Part shown: one piece after another, positions 44,974 to 59,861 of the stretch
Layout: each line of letters starts with the position of its first letter
Numbering within the stretch: the stretch's first letter is position 1
Assembly: GCF_009914755.1 (NCBI RefSeq)
Contig: NC_060926.1
Direction: 5' to 3' (one strand)
DNA length: 64,000 nt
Source: the human T2T-CHM13v2.0 reference genome, Homo sapiens
Position numbers and translations under genes: made by a program
The notes under the pieces: generated by a model
Told to the model about the DNA's origin: nothing
The model's database searches: none
What the model saw: the letters and a program-made list of their open reading frames with translations, nothing else

Positions 44974-45959
44974 GGCACAGTCCATTTTTTAATAGTTCTT
45001 AACAAAGTTAGAAGTCTATAAAAGGTGTTACTTCTAAGATATAATTTGCGAATCTTTTGCCATTGGGTATTCAAATCCAAGTTCATTTGTTCTCTCTATA
45101 TATCAGGTCTGGAACACATATTTTATCAAGAACGGATAATGTAATAGGCCGCTTCTTGGACTGAATGTGGTCAGTATTACATGTCTAATGCTTTTTCCTT
45201 CCTAGCTTTTTAGCTTAGATTTTCTTTTATGCCTGACAAATTAGACTATTCAAATTTTACTAATGAACTTAATATTTCTCCACTGAGAAAAAAGATTAGT
45301 TTATTTTACTTAAAAATGAAGACAGTTTTCCTTAGGGAAATGCATGATATGTTAATTCTTCATAGTCTACATTTATGTGTTTTCAAAACTCCTTTCCTTT
45401 TGGCTGACAGTGTGAAAATTAGGTATTCTTGTCAAATAATGCATCTGTGTGGGAATACTCACTGACTAAAAGCTGTCACGTAGTTGAAGGCATGCAGAGA
45501 CTGGGTCAGTCTGGTTTTCTGGTTTTCTTCTGCCACATTTAGTTGCATGAATTTGGGTAATAACAGCTCCCCTCACTCAGTTTATATTTTTGTAGAAGGT
45601 TAATAAGTGCTAAGTTAACATTAAAATAATAATATTTAAAGTGATAGATTAAATCATTGAAAAATTTGAATAATTTCAAATTTAGGGACAATTAAGAAAA
45701 ACATTTCTTGATGGTAGGAAAAATAGACTTAAGTTAGAAGATAATGCTGTATGTAAATCTAGATATTTAGATTGCTAAATAATTCCATTTGGACAGAATC
45801 GTGAGTTTTAAATTTGCTAATCATATGAAAAAATAGCTAGAGTGTGAGTTGATTTTTGCTTTCCTATTAGTGAACAGTGTGATTTTATTGCTTAAAAATT
45901 AATGAAAGTTTATGTTGCATTTGTAGTCATGTTGAGAACAGAGGTCATTATTTCAAGAA

Positions 45960-46640
45960 ACGAGATGTCGCCAGAATCACTGCAGCAACTTTCAAAGTCA
46001 TAAAATGATTCCCTGTCTTATTAGTGTCCCCTCTAATTCATTTTCCACAACCATGGAATGACATTTTGAAATTTGCATATGAAGTTCTCCAATTTAAAAT
46101 CAGCCCATGGTTTCCTAATACTGTAGGCAAAAGTGTCCATGTTATCAGCATGACATACACATCCCCTTCCGGTAAGACTCCTGTTAAATCTCCTGGCCTT
46201 ATCTATGTCCATTCCCCCTGCTCCCTCTCACCCTGGACACCAGTCATGACATACTATCTTGTCACACCTGGCTGTCTCAGTTCTTCATGTCTTTACCATA
46301 GTGCATCCTCTTCCAGGATTTGCCTCATCATTCTGTTCCAGTCCTCATTCTTGACTTAGTATGCTTAAAGTAATCCTTATTATCTTTGGAGACGCAACTT
46401 AATCACTACCTGCTCTAAGAGCTACTTTGTGATAGTTAACCACTCTTTCCTTTCAATATGCCCTTTCTTAGTATCTGCAACATATTATTTTCTGACTACT
46501 GGTTTATAAGCGTCTTTTAGATATCATGTCTGTCTCACTTTTTGTATCCCCAGCATCCAGCTTATTCTCAAGGACATACTTAGCACTAAGTAAGTGGTGA
46601 GTGGATGGATATGTGTTTTAAGATAAATGAATGCATAAAT
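45960..46640 (+). mobile_element. L2 LINE 3' portion
   Basis: Pyrimidine-rich body; end 'tttgtatccccagcatccagc...cacta...gtggatggat'. Confidence 0.55.
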
Positions 46641-47930
46641 CAATTCTATGTAATATCAGTGGGTAGTACCAAAGAGTGTAAGTTGGGCAGAGCAAATTTT
46701 GCCGTAAATTGTTAACTATAAAAGTATTTTATAAAAAGAAAGGATATTTATCTGGCAGTTACATTGTAGAAAAGATTGCTTCACTGGGTGAGGGATTGGA
46801 TTGGATAGTATCTAAATAATAATCATCATAACATACTATTAGCAATGGCTTTATTCCTTTATCACCTCCCACAACAATTAATGAATGCTTATTATGGGCC
46901 AGGGACTGTGCTAAGTATTTTAAAAAATGATCTCATTTACCAGAAAAAAAAGGAGTGGGTCCTCAGATATATATATTGACTTGTTTTTGGTGTAGCATGA
47001 CTGAGTAAAAAGAAATTTAATTCCATCTATTTCTAAACTTTTGTGTTTCCAACTATTTTGCCACATCCCTGCATTCCTATAACAGCTTAGATCCAGAGCC
47101 CTGACACCACAGAATCTCTCACCTGATGACTGTGTAGCACAAAACACTGAGTAAACTAGGGCTAAGACTTAGGCCAAGGTCAAGGGAAAAGGAAAAATGA
47201 GAGGGCATCATGAAACTAATATGGATTCTTGAAATTCAGAGATTTGGAGGAAGAGGAACAGGAGCTGAGAGATTCAGGTTAGTGAGAGAGAGCAAAAGGT
47301 CTACACCTTTTGATGGAGCTAGCTGAGCAACCTTTAACCGCTTAAAAAAAATAAAGAGCAGTTTTTCTTCCAGATTTCAGCAACAAATAGGTCTCCTTGA
47401 TCCCTCTCATCCATTTGGTACCACTCCCAATCCCACTCATTTTACCTACACCCTCTTGTCTAAAATTCTTTTAACTAGAGAGAAAGCTTTTCAGTTTACA
47501 ATAAAACATAAAAGTTAGGGAATTATGCCTTGGTCCCACAATAATCCTTAAAGTTATTACATTATAAATATCCAAATGTTGTGTTTTATTTTTTTCCAGA
47601 AAGTAAAATGATTGCCAGACTGTACAACATAATGTCCTGGATACATTTATAGTATATTTGTCTTCTTTCCTCTTGTGTTAGCCTAGAGCATAAATAGAAG
47701 AAATTTGAGTTTGAGACCAAGCTTTGGAAGTAGTAAGAAAGGAGTACATTAGACCATGAGATATAATGAAAGTGAATCTTCCAAATGCCCTTATTGCCAC
47801 TCCAACTGAGGCAAGAAATAATATGCCTTGGAGAAAGATTGCAGAGAAAGGCATATAATTCATTAGGACTCAGTCACAGTTCTTGTTACTCAACCCCACT
47901 AGAAATTCCATCCTTCCTTTCCCAATCATG

Positions 47931-48416
47931 ATACTCTTTGCTGCTCCCATCTCTCCTTTAAATGACACCCATACTTAGCTCCATAATAAACTTTCTTTAC
48001 CAGGGCATGGTTATATTAGAACCTTCTTTTTAGTAATACTTATCATTGTTTAAAAATTTTATTTTTTATACTTCAAATTATATTGGCTTTAATTTAAACT
48101 AGATCCCAACTCATTCCGAGGTGAATGAGAAAAGGAAAATATGACTGTTGTTTTCTACTTCCCAATAGTTTGTAAATCTCACCATGCGGTAATATCTGAT
48201 TTTTTTAAAAGAGTTTTTTTTGCTAACAAAGTATAAACTACCAAATATCAAAGTGATTCTAGATATTTGTAACAGATTACTTAGAAAATTCTGTTGTATT
48301 TTTTCCTGTCAGAATATCCTGGAGTCATAAGCTTTATTTAATTACAATTTTGACAGTGTGTAACATTTTATATACTCTTTGCTGTTCCCATCTCTCCTTT
48401 AAATGACACTCATACT
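47931..48416. repeat. Dispersed 45-bp direct repeat (47931-47975 and 48372-48416)
   Basis: atactctttgctg(c/t)tcccatctctcctttaaatgacac(c/t)catact, 43/45 identical. Confidence 0.95.
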
Positions 48417-48432
48417 AATCTGGGTGTCATTT

Positions 48433-48747
<315 letters not shown>

Positions 48748-49983
48748 TTGCTGGGTGTCATTTATATGACAATATCAGTAGATAGAAAAGTTCATGTTGA
48801 CCAGTAAATTTATCTGTGGATGTTAAATATCATTTTTGGAAATATGAGGTATAATGCATAGAGTACTGTTTTTAAATATAGTCATGTTTCAGCATGACCA
48901 TGGACAAAATTCAACATCTCATATAAAGGAATTCAGTTTGGTCTGACTAATATAGTTATCTTTGTGCCACATAACACAACTCTCAATCCAAAAGTCAACA
49001 TCTCACATGCTTATTCTAGTTCTCATGACCCTCAGTTCTAGCTAAGATCAAAAGGATTATGTGTGGATGCAAATAGACTTAAGTAGTGAAATTATTTTTT
49101 AAAGGAAATCTCTAACAGAAATCAAAAGATAATTTTTTTGTAATGATGTAATGTCTGACTCAGCTGAACCTGCAGTATTCTATCTGCAAAGTAACTACAA
49201 TAAAAGAAGACAGAGAGGCCCCATTTCCCCATGAGATATCTTGGTGTACAACTACTTTATTAACTGGCTTTAATGTGCACATTGGTTCCCCGAAAATAAA
49301 CATCTATTTCAGGTTTGGAGATGTGATGTGCTCCCCTTCAGGTTCTGACTGACAAAGCCAACTGGAAAATGGGGCCTCACTGACTCAGGCTCTAATTCTG
49401 GAGAGTTTCACTGTTGTTGGAATAAAAATCATCAGAGAATAAAAGTCAAATGCAAAAATATTCTTTGACACTCTAGAGCAATCCTAGAGGTTATTGGAGG
49501 TAGTAATGTTGTATATGCTTCTTAGGACCCATAATGAAAATATGTGCCTAAGAGTTTATGTATTTTACATTAATTGATCAAAGTGTCATAATCCAAATAT
49601 ATCTTTCTAAGTTTTCATAATATTTTTAAGATTTCAAGTAATTCAAATGTTAAGATTTCTCTTTGAATTTCTTAACTTAATAAACTTATTCAATAGCCTA
49701 TTAAACAGAAGACACTCTAGGGTTCCAAGAGGATAAATATATAGCCAGCTTCTAGAAACTTATAGCCTATTCAAATCAACTACATAAAATCATACTAACA
49801 TAATTACTCGCTTAAACTAGATATATAAAGATAATATAGTATTTGATTCTTTGTTCATAACAAATAGAGCTCTATAAAGTTTGATTGCCAGCTATTCTTT
49901 TTTTCTTAAAGATCAAAGATTCACATTTCTAATATTTCTCAGTTATTCAATATCCATGAACGGTTAAAAGACATGAAAATGAA

Positions 49984-50144
49984 TTTTTTTATTTTTTGAA
50001 TTTTTTATTTACAATTTTAAGTTCAGGAGTGCATGTGCAGGATGTGCAGGTTTGTTACATAGAGGGGCCTGTTGGAGGGTTGGGGGTGGGAGGAGGGAAA
50101 GAGTCAGGAAGAATAGCTAATGGATGCTGGGCTTAATACTTGGG
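49984..50144 (-). mobile_element. Tiny L1PA (10-13-like) 3' end with 5' inversion
   Basis: Minus-strand tail (49984-50062) joined to a plus-strand 3' UTR segment 'ggggcctgttggaggg...gaatagctaatggatgctgggcttaatac' (50063-50144). Confidence 0.85.
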
Positions 50145-52651
50145 AAATAAGTCTAAAATATGTGTAGTCCTTTAATGATACTCTTGAGGACAGTACCGAG
50201 CCATCACTTTTAGATGACTAAACACATGTCTGAAGTTCAGAGACTGACATAAACCAGCCCTTAATTTTTTCCCCAGCAACATAATCATCCATACCATGAT
50301 CACATCAGATGGGCAACAGAGACCACCTTATCTCTTTGGTCACCTTCTTTCTTCTTCCATCTTCTCGGTCTTCTCAGATTACAATTATTTGCTTTTTAAA
50401 CTACTCGAAGTATATTACCTGAGAAACACAATTTGTAAATATTTAGGGGTTCTAATTTTAATTTCCAAGCATCCTTCAATGATTGGATAATATATTTTCC
50501 TATGTAACCCAAATGTTCCAAATCCTCTTGCTTTCATCTAATGTAATTGTATCAAGTCCAGAAGCCTTGGCCGTAATTCCAGGGATTACGGAGATACATA
50601 TTTTTTCTCTTGTTCACTCCTCTCTCTTCTGAACTTCTGGCTTTTCTTTAATCACCACTGCCTCATTGCTCATTTGCTCATGCCGGGTGTTGTCCTCTCT
50701 CTTTACCACTTGGTCCCAAGTTGGAACGTAAACCGTCCCTAAGGCTCTATTAACACACAGCTATCGTGTGTGTCTGATGGCACTGAAGCCTTTGGAGATG
50801 ATGGAGGAGAATCACAACATAGGACATGAAATAATCTAAAGCTGGGTATAGGTATCATGTTTCTTAAGTTTTCTGGTCATGCCCATAAAAGAGAGCTCTT
50901 TTGTGCCTGTCCTTCTCCTTAGGTATAAGCTTCCTCTGGTGGCTCTGGGGCCTGGTCACTCAGAACTGAACAACGCCCACTACTCGCCATCCCTACTCCC
51001 CACCCCACTAAACAGTAATTTGTGGAATAAATCAAACAAAACCAAAACATTCTCTCTCCAAGGTTAATACCTTTTACTTCACTATCCAGGGAATTAGTGT
51101 ATTTTCTTAACTTTTCCCTGTAGATGCTTCACTTTCTGTAACTGAAAAGCCTACTAACTCCCCTAAATACAAGAACAACATTCACCAGAAGTAAATTTTG
51201 TCACGACATAAGATGGAAAGAATATACAGACAATGCTTTGTGATTTTTTAATTTACATTTTTCCCTCCTCTTTTGACATGAATTTGCATTTCTGTGTTTG
51301 CATAATCTCTATTTCTCTACTCAGAATTTCTAAGAAATGATAATCTTCTCTGGGAAAGAATGGTAGCCAGGAAATCATCTGAAATAAAAGTGAGTCACTT
51401 GGAAGTGAAGGACTGGCCCGACTGGGAGGAGTTAATTACACATGACACAAGGGAAACGCAAACCCAAACTTCATATTGGTCTGAGTGAGAGGAGTTAGTT
51501 AATTATAGTTGAAACAGGGGAAACTCAAACCCAAACTTTATACTGAGAGCTTTGAGCGCCCTTGTCATTAATAACTAGGCTAACAAATATATGAACATAT
51601 CTACAGGCTCCTAGCTTTTTGTCTTTGAGCCCAGAGTTGAAAATAAATCCTTGGCAGTGATCCATTTGCTTCCATCTCTGTGTACCAACTTCATTTGTCA
51701 GAGTTCCCAAGCCAAAGTGATCTCCAAATCAAAAGGCAATACCCCAGGTCAAAAAGCTGCAATCACAAAAAGCTACTTTTAGCTCCAGAATTTTCTCCTC
51801 TTTCCCCGTTTCCCCAGATCCCTCCAGTTTTTCTTTTTGTCTCTGTCCATTTCTCTTTTTTTTTTTTTCCCATTTCTCCACTCTCTGTTTCCTAACACAT
51901 GGTTTTAAATTGAGATTAAAGAGAACAAAAAGGAAGGCTGCAATGTTCATTGTCCTTTTCTTCCGTAGGATAGACATTTATACCACACTTTACAACATTT
52001 TCCCAGCTCCAGTAGGTTTTCTTTTTTCATGACAACTTTGTAAAACTGCATTCCTAAGGTGGTTCATCACTGTTTTTTATTGCATGCTCTTGAAATTTTC
52101 CAGAACCCTTACCAGAAGAGGCTTCAGTAAATGGAGTTAGCATTTGAGCTCTACAGAGTCAGAGTCAAAAATAACAGTAGTCACGTGGTCAACAATATTT
52201 ATACGATACTTAATCGTCTGAGCTCACAAGATAAAGAGCAGGCATTTCACTGTTCATAACATGTTCAGAAAAAGTGGGTTTGTAACAAGGTTTTTAATAC
52301 CTGTCACTTGCAGGAATGCTAGGTTCTTCTCAAAGGAGAATTCTACATTGATTTAAACTCATTGACATACAAAGTATGCATCATGGATATATGTGATTTT
52401 ACATAACTACATAGACGTCATAACGGACCTATGTCCCCTTTCTTCACACAGAAGTAGCTCTGCCTCTAGGCAGCATTGCTCACATTATGAGAAGCAAAAT
52501 TACTATCTTTTTTTCAAAAATGTTCATAAAGTAATTAAAGTAAGTAGAAAAATTCAACTTATAGTTTGGAGACTCTTGCAGAGATAGGTAAATTTTTTGA
52601 ACTTTTAGAATAGGATTTATGTCTGTGTTGCTTTTCTGAGATCTGAAATGA

Positions 52652-52652
<1 letters not shown>

Positions 52653-52698
<46 letters not shown>
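52653..52698. repeat. (TG)23 microsatellite
   Basis: Pure TG run. Confidence 0.95.
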
Positions 52699-52701
<3 letters not shown>

Positions 52702-54187
52702 CCAAAGAGCTAACGTGGCATATCTTCATCCTCAGATTCACTTTTGCCCTTGGACTCTTTCTCACCCTTCTCCTCCTTAGGGAGACAGGGGAAACAAAAG
52801 TACTGTTTCAGCCAACTGACTTTATTAAAGCTTTCTCATCTACGAGGCATGAGAATATGTTTGTGAATCTGTTTCTCTTTTGTTTGGCAGTGAGAAGTGC
52901 AATTGCTCTTTAATTAGAACCTTCTGTGTACCATAAATATGGTTTAACCCAGGTGTTTAATCTACCTCCAATGCAAGTGCAAATTGGTGACATGAGTCAA
53001 ATGACAATTTTATTTAATTATCAGACAAGTTAGGAATAGCTAAACGCCAGCCACCATCAATTCACTGAGTTAAGGATCTTTGCTAATAATTACAGCAAAA
53101 GAGAGGGGAGTAATAAAGGGAGTGTACTGGAAATCACAGTAGACAAGATCATGAGACTAAATGCTAGACTTGATGATTCTGACAATATTTATCTGTATGG
53201 GAATGGCCAAATCTTTTAAGATTATTGGAACTTGGTATTCTTATCTGTAAAAATTAGGACTATTATTTCTAAAATATTTCACCATATAACTTATAAGATT
53301 ATACCCAGCTCTCAGATCCTGTAATTCTAATCAACACATAGAAAGACATGAAAAAACAGAAAGAAGTAGACGAATATTTATTAGGTCGGCTATTGTAAGA
53401 ATTTATGGATTTAAGAAACCCATATTCAGTCTTCACTTTATCACTGATGTTTTGTTTTCATGTCATTTTAGTAAAAATGTTTGCTGATATTGTCAAGGGA
53501 TTTCCTAGCTAAAATATAATTAAAAGATCTCTCAGTGTCATTTCTCTTCTAATTGCAGTTCCATCACATTAATCTCCTACAACTAACTGAAAATAGCAAT
53601 GTCATTCACAAATACAAAGAAATATGTCTAATCAAACTTCATTGAAATAACACAATTACCTCCTTTCCCTAATGTTTGGCTGTAAGCAAAATCCAAGAGC
53701 TGTATCTTTTATTTTTCTTTGTGTTAGTTCCTGTTCATGTGTGGGAGAACATTGGTCAGTGACTCACATTACTGACACACAGCCAGCACAGCTGGATAGG
53801 CACAGAATGCATTTCATAATAAAAGGGACAAAGAAAGAAAGATAGAGAAAAAAGTTTATGTGTTTGGTTTATTTTAAAAATCTATACAGCTTAATGCTAA
53901 AAAGCAAGAACCAAATTTTTCTAAACAAACAGCTTCAAGGAAAAATAATTTTGGAGGGACTAATTAAAATTACTTTAAGAACTCTTAATATGTAAAATAC
54001 TTCTTTAAGGCAGCTATTCCCTGTGGAAATCTTACCCTCTCCCATGAAAAAGAACCAGCAATTTATGACTGTCATGAGAGTAAAACTCTAGTGAGAATTT
54101 AGAAGTACACACAATAAAATAAAAATACTCCACAATAGTTTTGAACTCTTGAAGAAAATGACAGGAATAGTATTATGTGTAACCAAA

Positions 54188-54377
54188 TATATATATATAC
54201 ACACACATATATATACGTATATATACATATATACGTATATATATACACATATATACGTATATATACATATATACGTATATATATACACATATATACGTAT
54301 ATATACACATATATACGTATATATACATATATATACGTATATATACACACATATATATACACATATATATATATATA
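54188..54377. repeat. Compound TA-rich tandem repeat (ATATATACGT/ATATATACAC units)
   Basis: About 190 bp of alternating purine-pyrimidine with recurring TATACGTATA. Confidence 0.95.
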
Positions 54378-55989
54378 CTCAGAAATATCTGCACTCCAGC
54401 TTTGAAAATGTGAGTTAGCTGACACATAACAATGTCAAAGAAGACACATTTTTACAGAAGAACTTTCCTTAAATAAAATAACATTTCCCAATCCATTAAA
54501 TGTAAATGACATAGTCACTTATCATATATTTTGTCTATGCTGTATAGAAGTTAAATTAAGTTGTTCGCTGTATACTTAAAACTAAAGGTTTTAGGATATG
54601 AGGTACTTTACAGCATGTCTATTATCACTAGTAAGAAAAGACTCTATAAATGTAAAAGGAAAGATCACTTCTTCAGACTATGTTAATAGAGTAGACTGTC
54701 CTGGCCTAAAATCTTATGATTGAGAAATGAGTGCCATAGCCAACCCACCATTTTGACAGAGCTCACCTGAATTTTTCCTTCTGGTGATGAGAAGCAATGC
54801 CAGAATTTCTACTCCAGCCATCTTCACACTTGTGGAGAGAAATTCAATAGTGATACATTTGTAGTGAGGAGAAAGATGTGTTAGCTTAACAACTGATGCA
54901 GGGTCTATCTTTTAAGGAAGATATTGTGTTTGTGGAGGAAAACATCTTGGAAGGTATTTAGAAGTGGAAAGTAAGACTTTAAGGGCAAGAGAAACTCTGC
55001 CCATGTCAAGAGACACAACTAAACTGCTTTGTATTTGGAAATCAATAGGAATTTGGAGAGAGAAACTAAAAACATGAGTAATCAACAAAAGATGATTTAA
55101 CCTACATGATCGGAATCTGAAGCCCAAGATTTGGAAGGAGAGAGGGAACTTTAGGAACATCAATATCTAACATAGAATATTACATCTTGAGCCTTTTGGC
55201 AGTGTAAATCTCTACATCCCCTATAACTCAGTAGTCCTTTACACATATAAGAGTTTCTATAAGTAGTTTGGCATAACTAAGAAAAAGTATAGTGATCCAC
55301 ATCTAAAACAATATAATGCAAAACATAATAATACATATTGGACATTTAGATTATCCCTAAACTGATTCACACTAAGCAGGACTTAAGAGCTGAAAGTGAT
55401 CATAAATTCTGATGAAATTTGAAAATTCTTGAGATACAGGTTGAACTCAGTGGAAAATACATTGAATCAATCTTACTGATCTCAAAAGGCAGGGAAATGC
55501 TGTTGAAATTTAGTTTACATAATTATTTTCTCTTTTTCTGGCTGTCCTTAAAGCTAACACTTGGCATGATACTAAAAACATTGTTTTAAGAGAAAATCTA
55601 TTGTGGACAAATACAAGCTTTAGGAATAAATTAAAATGTTTAGAGGAATTAACACATCTGTGTAAAATTTTACATGTGTGCCAAACTGGTCCCCAAGCTA
55701 AAACTAGTGACATATTAAAACCCAACATATTAGCTCACACATTTACAATGAAATACAACACTTTTCGTAATACTATAGTTTGTGACAGTTCAAGAAGTGA
55801 TGAATTGGAAAACATGCTATGATAGGCATGGGCAATTTAGAGCTCAGTCTGGACAATCGGTGATGATTAATCTTAAGAGGATTTCTGAAGTTCAGGCAAC
55901 AAATGATTAAAAATCAACTTCAACAATAGTCAATGATGGCTGAATGTAAGATATTTAAACATGCATTGGAAAATACAATGGAACTAATT

Positions 55990-56210
55990 GTAGTCATGGA
56001 CATTGAGAGAAGACTTCTGGATTCAGACAAATTTTTGCTCACTCAAATCCCTGTAACATTGTTTACCTTATATTACATGTCATAAATTGACTACGTTATG
56101 AAATAGGAAGGGTAATATCTATTTTTAAATGTAATAATTATAAACAATGTATAAAATATGTGACACAAAGAAGACTGGCAGTTTATAGTGACTATTGTAT
56201 TATTATTTTG
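55990..56210 (+). mobile_element. MIR SINE (diverged)
   Basis: 'gacttctggattcagac...atgaaataggaagggtaatatc...tgtataaaatatgtgacaca'. Confidence 0.45.
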
Positions 56211-56767
56211 ATTTTAGTAGTTGAACAGGAAAAAGAGAGAACAGCACAGACTGAAGTATTTATATCTCAATAATTAAACTTACTTAATATTTTCTATTAT
56301 ACATTTACCTAAAAAGTACAGGGCTGATACTTCCATATTTATATGGAATAACAGTTCTTAAAATATATAAAGCAAAATATTATTGAAATAAAGAGATGAT
56401 CGATAAACTTGTAAAATTATCATCAGAGATGTAAATACCACCTCTACAATAGGTAGACCAAAATTAGTAAAGATACAAAATAATTTAACAACACAATAAA
56501 CTTGAACTAATTAAAATACAAGGTCTCTATCCCAAAGAACTACAAAATAAATATCCTTTTTAAGTAGAAAAAAAATTCACTAAAAATATATATTTCAAGC
56601 CATAAGACAAGTCTGAATAAATTTCAACAACAGAAATCATAGTACAAACCCTGACTACAAAGGAAGAAAGTTAGAAATCTCCCAATTATTTGTAAACAAT
56701 GCACTCCTAATCAACCCAAGAGTCAAAGAAGAAATCAGAATTTGCACAAAACAGCTGAAAGAATTCT

Positions 56768-57010
56768 ATCACTTATCTATTGATGTGTAGTGATCCACCC
56801 CAAAATTTAGTTGTTTAAAATAAAAACCATATTCTTTGCTCATAATTCTATGGCTCCACAGTTGGAGTTGAGGAAAAGGGAGTGTTGTCTGAGCAATTCA
56901 CCTGTTGGTCTCACATGTAGGAAGTTTATACAGAATGTGGATGACTGATTTCTTCTCCACATGGTCTTATTTACTAGTTAGCTAGTTCAGGTGTCTTTAC
57001 TTAGCAGTTG
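56768..57010 (-). mobile_element. MLT1 (F/H-like) LTR fragment
   Basis: 'tatctattgatgtgtagtgatccaccccaaaatttagttgtttaaaataaaaaccat...gctcataattcta'. Confidence 0.7.
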
Positions 57011-57289
57011 TGCATGCCATTTAAAGTGGAATTATTTTAGTTTAATATGACCAATTATTTGGTGCTTGTATATGCAAATAAAATTCAATTTAATACCATT
57101 GTATCCTGAAAACTTGTCAAATTCACTTATTAGGTAGGTTTTTTTCTTGGTAGATATCTCAGGAAACAGGTCAATTATCAGTAAATAAAATTTGGCTCCA
57201 TGATTTTCAATATTTACACATTTTATTTTTTTTGTCTTGCTTCATTACACTGTGTAGGACCTCTATTACAAAGTTAAATAGTAGTGGCA

Positions 57290-57410
57290 TGTGCCAGGTT
57301 ATTGATTTATTGCCTCTCAGCTCCAAATCCACACTTCTTTGTCCTATTCTGTGATACTGTAGCTGGACCATAAAAACCTTTCTCCTTTGGCAGCTGGCAG
57401 AATGGTTTAC
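57290..57410 (+). mobile_element. LTR33-like ERVL LTR 5' fragment
   Basis: 'tgtgccagg...atttattgcctctcagctccaaatccac...ttctgtgatactgtagctggacc...cctttggcagctggc'. Confidence 0.55.
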
Positions 57411-57438
57411 AACCCACTTCTGAAGTTTTAAATATTCA

Positions 57439-57756
<318 letters not shown>

Positions 57757-59069
57757 TTACCTATACACTAAACACTGCGAAAGTTTGCTGAGAGAAAATA
57801 AAGAAGACATAAACAGATTGAGAGGCCCACCACGGTCATGGATTTTAAAAGTTCTATATTTTTAACATGTAAAATCTCCCCAAATTGAAATATAGATTCA
57901 GTTTATGCTACCCAGAATTTCAGCAAGGCTTTTCTACTGGAAGTTGAAAGGGTGATTATATTTATATGTGAAATCAAAGGAAGTGTACTAATTAAACAAT
58001 CTTAAAACACAAGAATAAAGGTGTTGGTCTTACATTCTGGACTGGGGAAAAAATCCATTCAATAAATGGTGCCATACCTATTGTCTATCCATATGCAACC
58101 TCAATGAATGTCAAACCTTACCTTATAAAAATTATTCTGAATATATAGTGGAATTAAACACTGAACTGAAAACCAAAGAAGAAAACATTATAAAATCATT
58201 TTGTTTTCTTGGATAGGTAAAGATGTATTACAAAGGATACAATAAGAATTAGCAATAAAAAAGATTGATTAGACTTCATAAAAATTAAATGCATGTGTTA
58301 ATCAAAGATACACTTAAGAAAAGGGACACGAAGGACAGACAACAATAGAAAATAATATCTATGCATATATTGGACAATTCAAATCCAGAATGTATAAATA
58401 ATTTATACAGCTCAATAATAAAATACAGACAATTAAAAAATTATAAAGCAGTTGAACTGGCATGTTATAAGAGATGATATAAGAATAGCCAGTATGTTCT
58501 TTCTGTATCCCAGCAGAAGGTTTTGAACCACCTTAGACATGTATGCCACATTCATTCAGGGATTAGTACAATTCAATTTTTCTTAATCTTATCATTTGGA
58601 AAGATACATCTGATTTTATCAGAGTAATTGTTGGGATATACATATAATTTCTATGTGTTTGTTTATTTTATGTGGAAGTTGTATTTTTATATTTTGAAAG
58701 ATCCTAAATAATTATTGAAGTGGAGTATGGATAGATAGATAATAGATAGATGGATGTAGATGGAGCTAGTTCAATGACCACAAGAATTATCTTGGTTTTA
58801 TAAAAGGACTAAAAACAAGTTTAATATTTCCTACCTCCTTTTAATTAAATTTATTATGTAATATAATTCAATAATATATTTTTGCATAAATTTTTCTTCT
58901 AGTTAATGTTATTGAAAGGGAATATCAGTAAATGAAAAGATATCCCTAAAAATTGAGAAGAAAAATTAATATGCCTTATCTTCCTTAGCATTCATTACAA
59001 TGATTTTTATTTTTAAAATCATTTCTCAAGAAGTAAGTTGTTATATACATGTTTAGTGATAATGATCTA

Positions 59070-59519
<450 letters not shown>

Positions 59520-59546
59520 CTAGCATACTCATTTAATATACCTGCC

Positions 59547-59861
<315 letters not shown>

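Noticed and set aside
45085-45180. Exon-like AG...GT segment
   Set aside because: Stop codons in all three frames and a weak donor; no other support.
52316-52350. Imperfect 35-nt hairpin as a pre-miRNA
   Set aside because: Too short and bulged; expected by chance.
54088-54427. Overlapping Y/I/V/T/H-rich ORFs, or a CRISPR-like array
   Set aside because: Artefact of a TA-rich simple repeat; there are no unique spacers and the DNA is eukaryotic.
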